Shown here piece after piece: positions 18,876-28,900 of a stretch of DNA of 64,000 nucleotides (the first letter of the stretch is position 1; every line of letters begins with the position of its first letter). Origin of the DNA: Actinomycetota bacterium. GTDB taxonomy: Bacteria > Actinomycetota > Actinomycetes > S36-B12. The DNA is taken from positions 8,202-72,201 of the forward strand of contig JBJOJS010000116.1 of the NCBI GenBank assembly GCA_046046455.1, given 5' to 3'. The notes beneath the pieces were generated by a model. The model saw only the letters and a list, made by a program, of their open reading frames with translations. It was not told the origin of the DNA and ran no database searches. The position numbers were made by a program, and so were the translations under genes.

Positions 18876-21635
18876 CTAGGCGTCGGCCGGCTGCGGCTGC
18901 TCCATGAGCGCCGCTGTCGTGAGGCTCGGCGCTGACGGCGCAGCCTTCTTGGCCGCCGTCTTCTTCGCCGCCGCCTTCTTCGCAGGAGCCTTCTTCGCCG
19001 CCGCCTTCTTCGCGGGAGCCTTCTTCGCAGGAGCCTTCTTGGCAGCCTTCTTGGCTGTCCGCTTCACCGGACCGCGGGCACGGCGATCGGCAAGCAGCTC
19101 GAAGGCTCGCGCAGGGTCGATGGTCTCGGGGTCGTCGTCACGACGAAGCGAGGCATTGGTTTCGCCGTCCGTCACATACGGACCGAAGCGGCCCTCCTTG
19201 AGCACCACCGGACGTCCCGACACGGGATCATCGCCGAGTTCCTTCAGCGGTGGGGCTGACGCAGCACCGCGCCTCTGCTTCGGCTGGGCGTAGAGGGCCA
19301 GCGCCTCCTCCACCGTCACCGTGAAGATGGACTCCTCGGTCGGCAGCGAGCGCGAATCCTTGGCCTTGAGGAGGTAGGGGCCGTAGCGGCCATTCTGCGC
19401 CGTGATCTCCACACCGTCAGCAGGGTCGACGCCGACCACACGCGGCAGCGAGATCAGACGGAGTGCATCCTCGAGCGTCACCGTGTCGAGCGACATCGAC
19501 TTGAGCAGGGAGCCGGTGCGCGGTTTCGCGGACTTGGGCGCGTCCTCCGAGAGCACCTCGGTCACGTAGGGGCCGTAGCGCCCTGACTTCGCCACGATCG
19601 CCAGCCCCGTCTCGGGATCGGTGCCGAGCTCACGCTCACCCGAAGGCTGCGACAGGAGTTCCTCCGCCTTCACTGCGGTGAGTTCATCGGGTGCGAGATC
19701 CTCGGGGATCGATGCCCGCTCCTCACCGCGCTCGACGAAGGCGCCGTAGCGACCGACGCGCACGACGGCGTCCGTGCCCTGGATCGGGAACGTCGACAGC
19801 ATGCGTGCATCGATGGCACCGAGATCGGTGGTGAGATCGAGTACGCCGCGGAAAGGACCCGTGTCGGTCTCGCCACCGCGCCAGAAGGTCTCGAGTTGCG
19901 CATCGCGACCGGCCTCGCCGTTGGCGATGGCATCGAGGTACTCCTCCATGCGCGCGGTGAAGCGGTAGTCGACGAGCTCGCTGAAGTGCTCCTCCAGGAG
20001 CCTGATGACGGCGAAGGCGAGGAAGGACGGCACGAGCGCCGAGCCCTTCTTCCAGACATAGCCACGATCGACGATGGTGCCCATGATCGCGGCGTACGTC
20101 GACGGGCGACCGATGCCGAGCTCCTCGAGCTTGGCGGTGAGGGACGCTTCGGTGAAACGCGCCGGCGGATTGGTCGAGTGCCCATCAGCCTCCATGTCAC
20201 TGGCCGTGAGCGTCTGACCCTCGCGCAGCACGGGCAGGACGCGCTCGGACTCGTCCTCGGAGTCCTCCTCGCGGGTGTCCTCGTAGGCGGCCTTGAAGCC
20301 GGCGAAGAGGGTGACCGTGCCGGAGGCTGTGAACTCGACGTCGCGGCCATCAGAGGCGACCGCTCCGATCGTTACCGTCGTGGTGGCGACACGTGCGTCG
20401 GCCATCTGCGAGGCGAGCGTGCGCTTCCAGATGAGGTCGTAGAGCGCGAACTCGTCAGCGCTCAGCTCGCGCTGCACTTCACCCGGGGTGCGGAAGGTGT
20501 CGCCGGCGGGGCGGATGGCCTCGTGCGCCTCCTGAGCATTCTTGACCTTGCGGTCATAGCGCCGCGGAGCATCGGCGACGTGGTCCTGTCCGTAGAGCTC
20601 GGCGGCCTGCGAGCGTGCGGCTGTGACCGCCGTCTCCGACAGCGTCGTCGAGTCGGTGCGCATGTAGGTGATGTAGCCGCGCTCGTAGAGGCCCTGGGCG
20701 ACGCGCATCGTGCGCTGGGCATTCCAGCGGAATCGCCGTGAAGCCTCCTGCTGCAGCGTCGATGTCATGAAGGGGGCCTTGGGGCTGCGCTTGCCCGGCT
20801 TCTCGATGACCGACCGGACGGTGTAGTCGACACCCTCGAGTGCGGTAGCCAGTGTGCGAGCCCCCGACTCATCGAGCACCACGCAGTCGCGACCGGTGAG
20901 CTGCCCCTGCTCGTTGAAGTCACGGCCGGTAGCGAGGCGCTTGCCTTCGACGAGGTTGAGTCGCGCAGCGAAGGAACCGGGATCAAAGGTCGCGGTGAGG
21001 TCCCAGTATGACGCGGAGACGAAGGCGATGCGCTCCCGTTCCCGATCGACGACGAGGCGCACCGCGACCGACTGCACACGTCCGGCCGAACGCGCATCAC
21101 GGCCGATCTTCTTCCACAGCACCTCGGATACGGGGTAGCCGTAGAGGCGGTCGACGATACGCCGCGTCTCCTGTGCGTCGACGAGCTTCATGTCGAGCTC
21201 GCGCGTCTGCTCCAACGCATCCGAGATGGCGTGCTCGGTGATCTCATGGAAGACCATGCGACGCACGGGGATCTTGGGCTTGAGCACCTCGAGCAGGTGC
21301 CACGCGATGGCCTCGCCCTCGCGGTCCTCGTCTGTCGCAAGGAGCAGCTCGGAGGCGCCCTTGAGTTCCTGCTTCAGCTCCGCGATAGTCGACTTCTTAT
21401 TGGCGTGGACGACGTAGAAGGGCGTGAAGCCCTCATCGGTATTGACGGCGTACTTGGACCACGACTCCTTGCGCAGCCCTTCAGGCAGCTCGGACGCCTT
21501 GCTGGCGAGATCGCGCACGTGGCCGACCGATGCCTTCACCCGGAAGTCCCGGGACCCCTGGCCATTGAGGTAGCCCTCGATGGTCTTGGCCTTCGCCGGC
21601 GACTCCACGATGACGAGCACGCGCTCCGCAGCCAC
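18876..21635 (-). CDS. topA: DNA topoisomerase I with actinobacterial C-terminal repeats and a Lys/Ala-rich tail
   Basis: IVESPAKAK, ATDEDREGEAI, SAGRVQS, ITYMRTD, AHEAIRP, GIGRPSTY; GTG start at 21635 after GGAG. Confidence 0.97.
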   Translation of the reverse strand: MAAERVLVIVESPAKAKTIEGYLNGQGSRDFRVKASVGHVRDLASKASELPEGLRKESWSKYAVNTDEGFTPFYVVHANKKSTIAELKQELKGASELLLATDEDREGEAIAWHLLEVLKPKIPVRRMVFHEITEHAISDALEQTRELDMKLVDAQETRRIVDRLYGYPVSEVLWKKIGRDARSAGRVQSVAVRLVVDRERERIAFVSASYWDLTATFDPGSFAARLNLVEGKRLATGRDFNEQGQLTGRDCVVLDESGARTLATALEGVDYTVRSVIEKPGKRSPKAPFMTSTLQQEASRRFRWNAQRTMRVAQGLYERGYITYMRTDSTTLSETAVTAARSQAAELYGQDHVADAPRRYDRKVKNAQEAHEAIRPAGDTFRTPGEVQRELSADEFALYDLIWKRTLASQMADARVATTTVTIGAVASDGRDVEFTASGTVTLFAGFKAAYEDTREEDSEDESERVLPVLREGQTLTASDMEADGHSTNPPARFTEASLTAKLEELGIGRPSTYAAIMGTIVDRGYVWKKGSALVPSFLAFAVIRLLEEHFSELVDYRFTARMEEYLDAIANGEAGRDAQLETFWRGGETDTGPFRGVLDLTTDLGAIDARMLSTFPIQGTDAVVRVGRYGAFVERGEERASIPEDLAPDELTAVKAEELLSQPSGERELGTDPETGLAIVAKSGRYGPYVTEVLSEDAPKSAKPRTGSLLKSMSLDTVTLEDALRLISLPRVVGVDPADGVEITAQNGRYGPYLLKAKDSRSLPTEESIFTVTVEEALALYAQPKQRRGAASAPPLKELGDDPVSGRPVVLKEGRFGPYVTDGETNASLRRDDDPETIDPARAFELLADRRARGPVKRTAKKAAKKAPAKKAPAKKAAAKKAPAKKAAAKKTAAKKAAPSAPSLTTAALMEQPQPADA

Positions 21636-21812
21636 TTCCGCTCCTGTCTTCCGCCTCTCGGCCTGGTGGGCCTGGCCCCTCCGTGGGACGGACGGGACCG
21701 ATGGGGAGTCTGCGCAGCCCCGGGGTGCCGCTGTCAAATACCGGCCCCCGTCGCCCCGGCCCACCCCCTACGGGGGTGAGCACCGGGACGGACGTTCCGC
21801 TATGCGGGAAGG

Positions 21813-24149
21813 CTAGGCGGAGGGGGCGTTGACCTGCTCCTCGCCCACCGCGATCGGGCGACGCTTGGAGATGACCACGGCCACGACCACGATGAGCGCA
21901 GCGCCGATGGCGATCGCCCAGCGCAGCGTGGTGTTGGCACCCTCGCCGATGCTCATCGCCACGACAGCGGGCGCGATGAGCAGTGCCACGAGGTTCATCA
22001 CCTTGATGAGCGGGTTGATGGCCGGGCCAGCGGTGTCCTTGAAGGGATCGCCGACGGTGTCGCCGATGACCGTGGCCGCGTGCGCCTCGGAGCCCTTGCC
22101 ACCGAAGTGACCGTCCTCGACGTACTTCTTGGCGTTGTCCCAGGCGCCACCGGAGTTGGAGAGGAAGACCGCCATGAGAACGCCGGTGGCGATGGTGCCC
22201 GCGAGGTAGGCACCCAGGGCACCCACGCCAAGGCCGAAGCCGACGGCGATCGGCGTGAGCACGGCGAGCAGGCCCGGCGTGATGAGCTCGCGCAGCGAAT
22301 CGCGCGTGACGATATCGACGACCTTGCCGTACTCCGGCTTCTCCGTGCCCTCCATGATGCCGGGGCGCTCGCGGAACTGTCGGCGCACCTCGAAGATGAC
22401 CGCGCCCGCCGCGCGGGACACGGCGTTGATGGCGAGGCCGGAGAAGAGGAAGACCACGGCCGCGCCGATGATCAGGCCGACGAGATTGGCCGGGTTGGCC
22501 ACGTCGAGCACGCCCGAGTACTGCAGCAGATCGGAGATGCTCTTGATCGATGCGCCCGCGGCGTCGCCCGCCTCCGCCGTGGCTCCCACAACCGCGTCGC
22601 GGAAGGAGCCGAAGAGCGCGGTCGCGGCGAGCACGGCCGTCGCGATGGCGATGCCCTTGGTGATGGCCTTGGTGGAGTTGCCCACCGCGTCGAGCCGCGT
22701 GAGCACGGCCGCGCCATCACCCTCGACGTCGCCCGACATCTCGGCGATGCCCTGGGCGTTGTCGGAGACGGGGCCGAAAGTGTCCATGGAGACGATGACG
22801 CCCACGGTGGTGAGCAGTCCGGTGCCGGCCAGTGCGATGGCGAAGAGGCCGAGGATGACCACACCGCCGCCGAGCAGGTAGGCGCCGTAGACGGCCGCGC
22901 CGATGACGAGCGCGGAGTAGACAGCGGACTCGAGGCCGACCGAGATGCCCGCGAGGATGACCGTCGCGGGGCCTGTGAGCGAGCTCTTCGCGACGTCGTC
23001 GACAGGGCGACGGTTGGTCTCCGTGAAGTACGCCGTGAGCTGCTGGATGACAGCCGCGAGCACGATGCCGATGAAGACCGAGCCGATGACGTAGAAGCGC
23101 GGATCGATCGGATCACCCTCGCCGAGTACCTCTGCCGCGAGGCCACCGAGGGAGGTGATCTCCGACCAGGACGCCGGGACGAAGACGTAGATGGCGGCGA
23201 TGACGAGGATCGCGGAGATCACCGCTGAGATGAAGAAGCCACGGTTGATGGCGCTCATGCCGGAGCGGTCGCTCGGACGCGGCGAGACGGCGAAGATGCC
23301 GATCACTGCGGTGATGACACCGATTGCGGGGATGACGAGCGGGAGCACGAGACCGAGCTCGCCGAAGGCCGCCTTGCCGAGGATGAGCGCAGCGACGAGC
23401 GTGACGGCGTACGACTCGAAGAGGTCGGCGGCCATGCCAGCACAGTCGCCGACGTTGTCGCCCACGTTGTCGGCGATGGTTGCGGCGTTGCGCGGATCGT
23501 CCTCGGGGATGCCTTGCTCGACCTTGCCCACGAGGTCGGCGCCGACGTCGGCCGCCTTGGTGAAGATGCCCCCGCCGACGCGCATGAACATCGCGAGCAG
23601 CGCGGCGCCGAAGCCGAAGCCCTCGAGCACCTTGGGCGCCTCACCCTTGTAGACGAGGACGACGATCGCGGCACCGAGGAGACCCAGGCCCACCGTGAAC
23701 ATGCCCGCCACGCCACCGGTGCGGAAGGCGATGCGCATGGCCTTCTGCTCTCCGGACTCGTTGGCTGCGGCGGCGACGCGCACGTTGCCGCGCACGGCGA
23801 GCCACATGCCCATGTATCCGGTGATGGCGGAGAAGACCGCGCCCACGAGGAAGAAGATGGAGCGGCCGATGCGCTCGTTCATCGTCTCCGCGGGGAGGAG
23901 GAAGAGGACGAAGAAGACGATCACCGCGAAGATCGCCAGCGTCTTGAACTGGCGGTTGAGATAGGCGGCGGCGCCCTCCTGGACCGCCGCGGCGATCTCC
24001 TTCATGCGCGAGGTGCCCTCGCTGGCCGACAGCACTTCGCGCACGAGCACGAATGCGACGAGCAGGGCGAGTACGGCGATGACGGCGACGACGACGACCG
24101 TGATGAAGTTGGTGCCGGTCAGGTCGATCGCGGCGGCAGCGGTGGTCAT
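21813..24149 (-). CDS. hppA: Membrane-bound pyrophosphatase, K+-independent H+-PPase type
   Basis: ADVGADLVGKVE, DNVGDNVGD, GDTVGDPFKD; GNSTKAITKG has Lys at the K+-dependence position. Confidence 0.93.
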   Translation of the reverse strand: MTTAAAAIDLTGTNFITVVVVAVIAVLALLVAFVLVREVLSASEGTSRMKEIAAAVQEGAAAYLNRQFKTLAIFAVIVFFVLFLLPAETMNERIGRSIFFLVGAVFSAITGYMGMWLAVRGNVRVAAAANESGEQKAMRIAFRTGGVAGMFTVGLGLLGAAIVVLVYKGEAPKVLEGFGFGAALLAMFMRVGGGIFTKAADVGADLVGKVEQGIPEDDPRNAATIADNVGDNVGDCAGMAADLFESYAVTLVAALILGKAAFGELGLVLPLVIPAIGVITAVIGIFAVSPRPSDRSGMSAINRGFFISAVISAILVIAAIYVFVPASWSEITSLGGLAAEVLGEGDPIDPRFYVIGSVFIGIVLAAVIQQLTAYFTETNRRPVDDVAKSSLTGPATVILAGISVGLESAVYSALVIGAAVYGAYLLGGGVVILGLFAIALAGTGLLTTVGVIVSMDTFGPVSDNAQGIAEMSGDVEGDGAAVLTRLDAVGNSTKAITKGIAIATAVLAATALFGSFRDAVVGATAEAGDAAGASIKSISDLLQYSGVLDVANPANLVGLIIGAAVVFLFSGLAINAVSRAAGAVIFEVRRQFRERPGIMEGTEKPEYGKVVDIVTRDSLRELITPGLLAVLTPIAVGFGLGVGALGAYLAGTIATGVLMAVFLSNSGGAWDNAKKYVEDGHFGGKGSEAHAATVIGDTVGDPFKDTAGPAINPLIKVMNLVALLIAPAVVAMSIGEGANTTLRWAIAIGAALIVVVAVVISKRRPIAVGEEQVNAPSA

Positions 24150-24295
24150 GGGACTCCCTGGTGGACGCGTCCGGGTGGGTGGGACCCCCCGGGATCAGGA
24201 ACGGCCCGTGTAACGGGCCGAAACTCCCCGGGATCTTACGCAGGGCTCCACACGGGGATCGATCGACCCCTGGGGCATCGTCAGCGGGCCCCGGG

Positions 24296-26629
24296 ATGAT
24301 GACCACCATGGAGGACGACCCCGGCACCGCGGCACTGGGCGCACTGGCGACCCGTCCAGCCGGACGCCGGGTCATCCGCCACCTGCCCGCTCGCGCAGGT
24401 GAGCGGGGAGAGTGGCCCGAGGGGACCCCCGCGCCCCTGCTCGAACGCCTTGCCGCCCGCGGCATCCGCGCACCGTGGTCGCATCAGGTCGAGGCCGCCA
24501 CCGCGGCCCTGCGCGGGGAGCACGTCGTCATCGCCACGGGCACGTCCTCGGGGAAGTCGCTGTCGATGTGGCTGCCGAGCCTCACGACACTGCTCAGCGA
24601 CGATCGCTCCTGCGTCCTCTACCTCTCCCCCACCAAGGCGCTTGCCCATGACCAGCTGGCGGCACTCACCGGGCTGGATGTCCCCGGTGTGCGCGCCGCG
24701 GCGTACGACGGGGATACGCCAGCGGACGAGCGCGGATGGGTGCGGGCGCATGCCAACTTCATCCTGACCAATCCCGACCTGGTGCATCGATCCCTGCTGC
24801 CGCGAGCATCCGCGTGGACACGCGTCCTGCGTCACCTGAGTTTCATCCTCGTCGACGAGGCTCACCACTACCGCGGGATGTTCGGCTCGCACGTCGCCAT
24901 GGTCATCCGTCGTCTGCGCCGGCTTGCCGCCCTGCACGGCAGCGATCCCGTCGTGATCAGCGCCTCCGCCACCATGGCCGCCCCGGGCGTGGCCGCCGCG
25001 CGGCTCATCGGAGCGCCGGTCACCCCCATCGAGGTCGACGGCTCCGCGCACGCACCCGTGACCGCAGTGCTGTGGGAGCCACCCGAGGCGGTGGGCATCG
25101 CACACCACGATCCCGACAAGGCCGCACCTCGCAGATCCACGCTCGCGGAGACCGCAGACGTCCTGGCCGACCTCGCGAGCTCGGGACGCCGCACGCTGGC
25201 CTTCGTGCGCTCGCGTCGCGGCGCAGAAGTGGTAGCGCAACTCGCTCGGGATGACCTGGCCGAAGCCGATCCCGAGTTGGCCGATGCCGTCGCGGCCTAC
25301 CGCGGCGGGTATCTCGCCGAGGAGCGCCGGGCACTCGAGGCGGATCTGCGCGACGGCCGCCTGCGCGCAGTCGCCACCACGAACGCCCTGGAACTCGGCA
25401 TCGACGTGAGTGGATTGGATGCCGTCGTCGTCGCCGGGTGGCCGGGCACACGGGCATCGCTCTGGCAGCAGTGGGGCCGCGCCGGGCGTGGTGACGACGA
25501 GGCCCTCGCCCTCCTCGTCGTACGTGAAGACCCACTCGATCGCTACGTGCTCGAGCATCCCGGTGTCGTCTTCGATGAGCCGGTGGAGTCGGTCGTCCTG
25601 GACCCTTCGAATCCCCACGTGCTTGGTCCGCACCTCGCAGCTGCCGCTGCCGAGCACCCCCTCACCGACGACGACGCCATCACGTGGTTCGGCACCTCCG
25701 CTCCCGGCTTGCTCGCGACACTCGCAGAGCAGGGCACGCTTCGCCACCGACGTACCGGCTACTACTGGACTCAGCGCTCCTCCGCAGCCGAGCGCATCGA
25801 TCTCCGAGGTGACGCGGCACCTCCCGTACGCCTTGTCGAGGAAGGCACCGGTCGGCTCCTTGGGACCGTCGAGGCAGCACGCGCACCCGCCACCGTGCAT
25901 CCCGGGGCCGTATACATCCATCAGGGCGTGAGCCACATCGTCACCGGTCTCGATCTCGAGGATTCGGTCGCGATCGTGCGGGTGGAGGACGTCGATCACA
26001 CCACCACGGCAGAGGAGATCGCCGACTACCGCATCCTCGGCGTGGATCGACGACGGTCCTGGGGTGCCGCGGAGATTGCACTCGGCGAAGTGGAGGTGAC
26101 ATCCCAGGTGGTCGGCTACGTCCGCCGACGCATCGGGAGCGGGGAGATCCTCGGCCGCGAGCCGCTCGACATGCCCGAGCGCACCCTGCGCACACGCGGC
26201 ACATGGTGGACGGTGAGCCCCGAACAGGTTGCCGACCTCGGGGCAGCAGAGATCGATCTCGGTGGTGCAGCACACGCCGCGGAGCACGCTGCGATCGGGC
26301 TCATGCCTCTCATCGCGACGTGCGACCGCTGGGACATCGGCGGCGTCTCGACGGAGTTGCACCCCGACACGGGTCGCTGCACCGTGGTCGTCTACGACGG
26401 CCACCCGGGCGGTGCAGGCTTCGCCGATCGAGGATTCGACTCCGCACGGCGGTGGTGGCAGGCCACACGCGATCACATCGCGTCGTGCACCTGCGCCACC
26501 GGCTGCCCGTCGTGTGTGCAGTCGCCCAAGTGCGGCAACGGCAACGAACCCCTCGATAAGAGGGGCGCGGTCCTCCTGCTCGATGCGCTTCTGGCTGGTG
26601 CGCCGCCGGAGGGGGAAGTGTCAGCCTGA
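24296..26629 (+). CDS. DEAH-box helicase with C-terminal DUF1998 Cys4 domain (Rv3649/SftH/MrfA-like)
   Basis: TGTSSGKS, DEAH, SAT, ALELGID, QQWGRAGR, CxC..GCPSC..SPKC; exact start uncertain (24296, 24299 or 24308). Confidence 0.9.
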   Translation: MMTTMEDDPGTAALGALATRPAGRRVIRHLPARAGERGEWPEGTPAPLLERLAARGIRAPWSHQVEAATAALRGEHVVIATGTSSGKSLSMWLPSLTTLLSDDRSCVLYLSPTKALAHDQLAALTGLDVPGVRAAAYDGDTPADERGWVRAHANFILTNPDLVHRSLLPRASAWTRVLRHLSFILVDEAHHYRGMFGSHVAMVIRRLRRLAALHGSDPVVISASATMAAPGVAAARLIGAPVTPIEVDGSAHAPVTAVLWEPPEAVGIAHHDPDKAAPRRSTLAETADVLADLASSGRRTLAFVRSRRGAEVVAQLARDDLAEADPELADAVAAYRGGYLAEERRALEADLRDGRLRAVATTNALELGIDVSGLDAVVVAGWPGTRASLWQQWGRAGRGDDEALALLVVREDPLDRYVLEHPGVVFDEPVESVVLDPSNPHVLGPHLAAAAAEHPLTDDDAITWFGTSAPGLLATLAEQGTLRHRRTGYYWTQRSSAAERIDLRGDAAPPVRLVEEGTGRLLGTVEAARAPATVHPGAVYIHQGVSHIVTGLDLEDSVAIVRVEDVDHTTTAEEIADYRILGVDRRRSWGAAEIALGEVEVTSQVVGYVRRRIGSGEILGREPLDMPERTLRTRGTWWTVSPEQVADLGAAEIDLGGAAHAAEHAAIGLMPLIATCDRWDIGGVSTELHPDTGRCTVVVYDGHPGGAGFADRGFDSARRWWQATRDHIASCTCATGCPSCVQSPKCGNGNEPLDKRGAVLLLDALLAGAPPEGEVSA

Positions 26630-26980
26630 CGCCAGCCCCGCCCGCGCCGACGCCACAAGCACCGGTGCCTCGTGTCCGCTCCACCGAGCGAGGCGCACCA
26701 GTAAGTCCGGAGGAGGCATGGCCACCGTCACCACCGCATCGATGCCGTCGGTGCGGCAGTCGACGCCGAAAGCACCCTGGGCACGCGCCACGCGCTCGGC
26801 ATCGGCGCAACCGTGGGACGCGGCGGCCAACGCAGCCAGGTCAGCGGCGACCGCGGCCCGCTGGTGACCGACGGCAACGGCGACGAGGCTCCCCACCACT
26901 GCACCGGACGCGAGCAGGATGAGACCGAGAGCGAGGCCCAGCACGGTGCCGACGCCACGGTCATCGCGCCAGCACATCAC
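26621..26980 (-). CDS. TadE-like pseudopilin (Rv3654c-like)
   Basis: DDRG + hydrophobic helix, AADLAALAAA, C-terminal ARAG; in the tad locus. Confidence 0.8.
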   Translation of the reverse strand: MMCWRDDRGVGTVLGLALGLILLASGAVVGSLVAVAVGHQRAAVAADLAALAAASHGCADAERVARAQGAFGVDCRTDGIDAVVTVAMPPPDLLVRLARWSGHEAPVLVASARAGLASG

Positions 26981-27387
26981 GGCGATCCCGCCTCATCAGT
27001 GATCACCTCATCAGTGATGACCTCGCCAGTGACGACATCCCACTCCGGCACGGCATGCGCCTCGGCGCGGACGGTGAGACGCCATCCAAGGAATCCCGCG
27101 AGCGGAGGCGACATCTGCTCGGAGGCCTCTGCTCGGATCAGGCCTTCCTGCTCGGTGAGCGCGACATCGACACCGGGCACGCGCGCGACATCGACGACGC
27201 CGCGCGCCGCCTGCCGCGCGGCCGTCTGGGCGACATCGAGGAGACGGACATAGGTCGCGCCCAACGACGTCACCCAGACGAGCAGCACGGTGACGGCCAG
27301 GAGCACCGGGATCACCAGCGCCGCCTCCACGACCACGCTGCCCCGATCGGAGCGCCGGGGGGATGACAGGTGGGTATCCAGGTGCAT
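26977..27387 (-). CDS. TadE-family minor pilin
   Basis: DRGSVVVEAALVIP prepilin-type motif; AARQAARG. Confidence 0.8.
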   Translation of the reverse strand: MHLDTHLSSPRRSDRGSVVVEAALVIPVLLAVTVLLVWVTSLGATYVRLLDVAQTAARQAARGVVDVARVPGVDVALTEQEGLIRAEASEQMSPPLAGFLGWRLTVRAEAHAVPEWDVVTGEVITDEVITDEAGSP

Positions 27388-27392
27388 GGCGG

Positions 27393-27605
27393 CTATCCGA
27401 AGATCGAGGAAATGGCGTTGGAGATGAGACCCCAGACGAGGTTGCGGGCCTCATCGGACATGAGCAGCTTGATGAGGAGACCGCCGAAGCTCGCCGCGGC
27501 GACCGTGCCGACGGCGTACTCCACGGTCGTCATCCCTGCATCCTCGCGACGGATGCGGGCGACGACGCGCGTGAGCGTGCGGGGCTTGAGTGCGGAAGTG
27601 GTCAT
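27393..27605 (-). CDS. Flp-like pilin (DUF4244)
   Basis: DAGMTTVEYAVGTVAAASFG; GGAGG upstream of ATG 27605. Confidence 0.85.
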   Translation of the reverse strand: MTTSALKPRTLTRVVARIRREDAGMTTVEYAVGTVAAASFGGLLIKLLMSDEARNLVWGLISNAISSIFG

Positions 27606-27768
27606 GCTGTGCCTCCAGACATGCCGGCGAGACGGCCGGTGCGTGCGACCCGGAGGATCGCGTCGCCACCGTGCGCCCCGCATCACCGCATCGACAGATC
27701 CATGAGCCGGGCTGTGGAAGGGTCATCCGGTGCGTCCCTGGGGATGAGGGCGTACGTACCCTGGTGAA

Positions 27769-28890
27769 GTGAAGCGGGGAATCGTGCAGGCGGTCATCGC
27801 CGCCGCTCTCGCAACGGGCGCCCTTCTCGCATCCACCGGATCCGCTCACGCCGAAGTCACGGAGTTGTGCCGCTTCGATGGCGAGAGGCTTCCCGAGATC
27901 AGCGGACTCGCCTACTCGACCCTCCACGAGGGGATCGTGTGGGCGCACAACGACTCGGGAGGAGGTGCGCGCCTCTACGCCATCGATATCGACGATTGCG
28001 CGATTCGTGCCGTACTCCGCGTCAAGGGCATCAAGGCGAGCGATCCGGAAGCCATCGCATCCGGAGCCGGTCCCACAGGGGCACCTGCGCTGTGGTGGGG
28101 GGATATCGGTGACAACACGTCGCAGCGCCGCTTCGTCGAGATCCACCAGATCCCCGAGCCCGCGACCCTAGGCAGCGCAAGCGTGACCCCCCAGACCTAT
28201 CGCGTGCGCCTCGACGACCGCCAGGACTCCGAGGCTCTACTCGCCGACGGCGATCGGCTGTGGCTCATCGGCAAGGGACTGCTCGGCGGCAACGTGTGGC
28301 GCCTTCCCCAGCCTCTGAGACCCGACAGGATCGCGCGAGCGCGCGTGGTGGGCACCGAGGAGGCACTGGTCACTGACGCAGCGATGCGTCCCGGCGGCGG
28401 CTACGCCGTACGCGACTACTCGGAAGTCCGCATCTACTCCGGGCTGCCGCCGGGAGACCTCGTGTCACGGATGCCACTGCCGGAGCAAGTGCAGGGCGAG
28501 GCCATGACGTGGACGCCCGACGGGACAGCGCTCATCATCGCGAGCGAGGGAGATGATCGGCTCCTCCGCGTGCCCGTGGACGCACCCGTCGAGGGTCCAG
28601 TTGGGGACCAGGGCGCCGCCACGCCTGCCGCACCGGCGACACCTCCGACGCCCACGCCCTCCGCACCCACTGGCTCGGCGAGTCCGACGCCGGTGCCCAC
28701 GACCCCAGTGCCCACGACCCCAGTGCCCACGACGCCGGGCGATGCGTCACCCAGCCCGGTGGCCGCGGCACTCGAGCCTGTCGATCGCGTAGGCAGCTTG
28801 GCCGTGCTCGCACTCGTCATCGGTGCCGGCGTCTTCATCGTCTCAGCGGCCGCTGTCGCTGTTGTCGCTCGCGTGCGCTCCCGGCACTAG
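27769..28890 (+). CDS. Secreted, C-terminally anchored protein (probable beta-propeller plus Pro/Thr linker), function unknown
   Basis: Signal peptide ending AHA; ISGLA, HNDSG, GDIGDN, QGEAM; TTPVP repeats; terminal TM helix and basic tail. Confidence 0.7.
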   Translation: MKRGIVQAVIAAALATGALLASTGSAHAEVTELCRFDGERLPEISGLAYSTLHEGIVWAHNDSGGGARLYAIDIDDCAIRAVLRVKGIKASDPEAIASGAGPTGAPALWWGDIGDNTSQRRFVEIHQIPEPATLGSASVTPQTYRVRLDDRQDSEALLADGDRLWLIGKGLLGGNVWRLPQPLRPDRIARARVVGTEEALVTDAAMRPGGGYAVRDYSEVRIYSGLPPGDLVSRMPLPEQVQGEAMTWTPDGTALIIASEGDDRLLRVPVDAPVEGPVGDQGAATPAAPATPPTPTPSAPTGSASPTPVPTTPVPTTPVPTTPGDASPSPVAAALEPVDRVGSLAVLALVIGAGVFIVSAAAVAVVARVRSRH

Positions 28891-28900
28891 CGCGGGCCCA

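Noticed and set aside
26990..27045. 15-bp tandem repeat at the end of the TadE-family gene, and TTPVP repeats near 28690-28735
   Set aside because: In-frame low-complexity coding repeats with no sign of an independent element.
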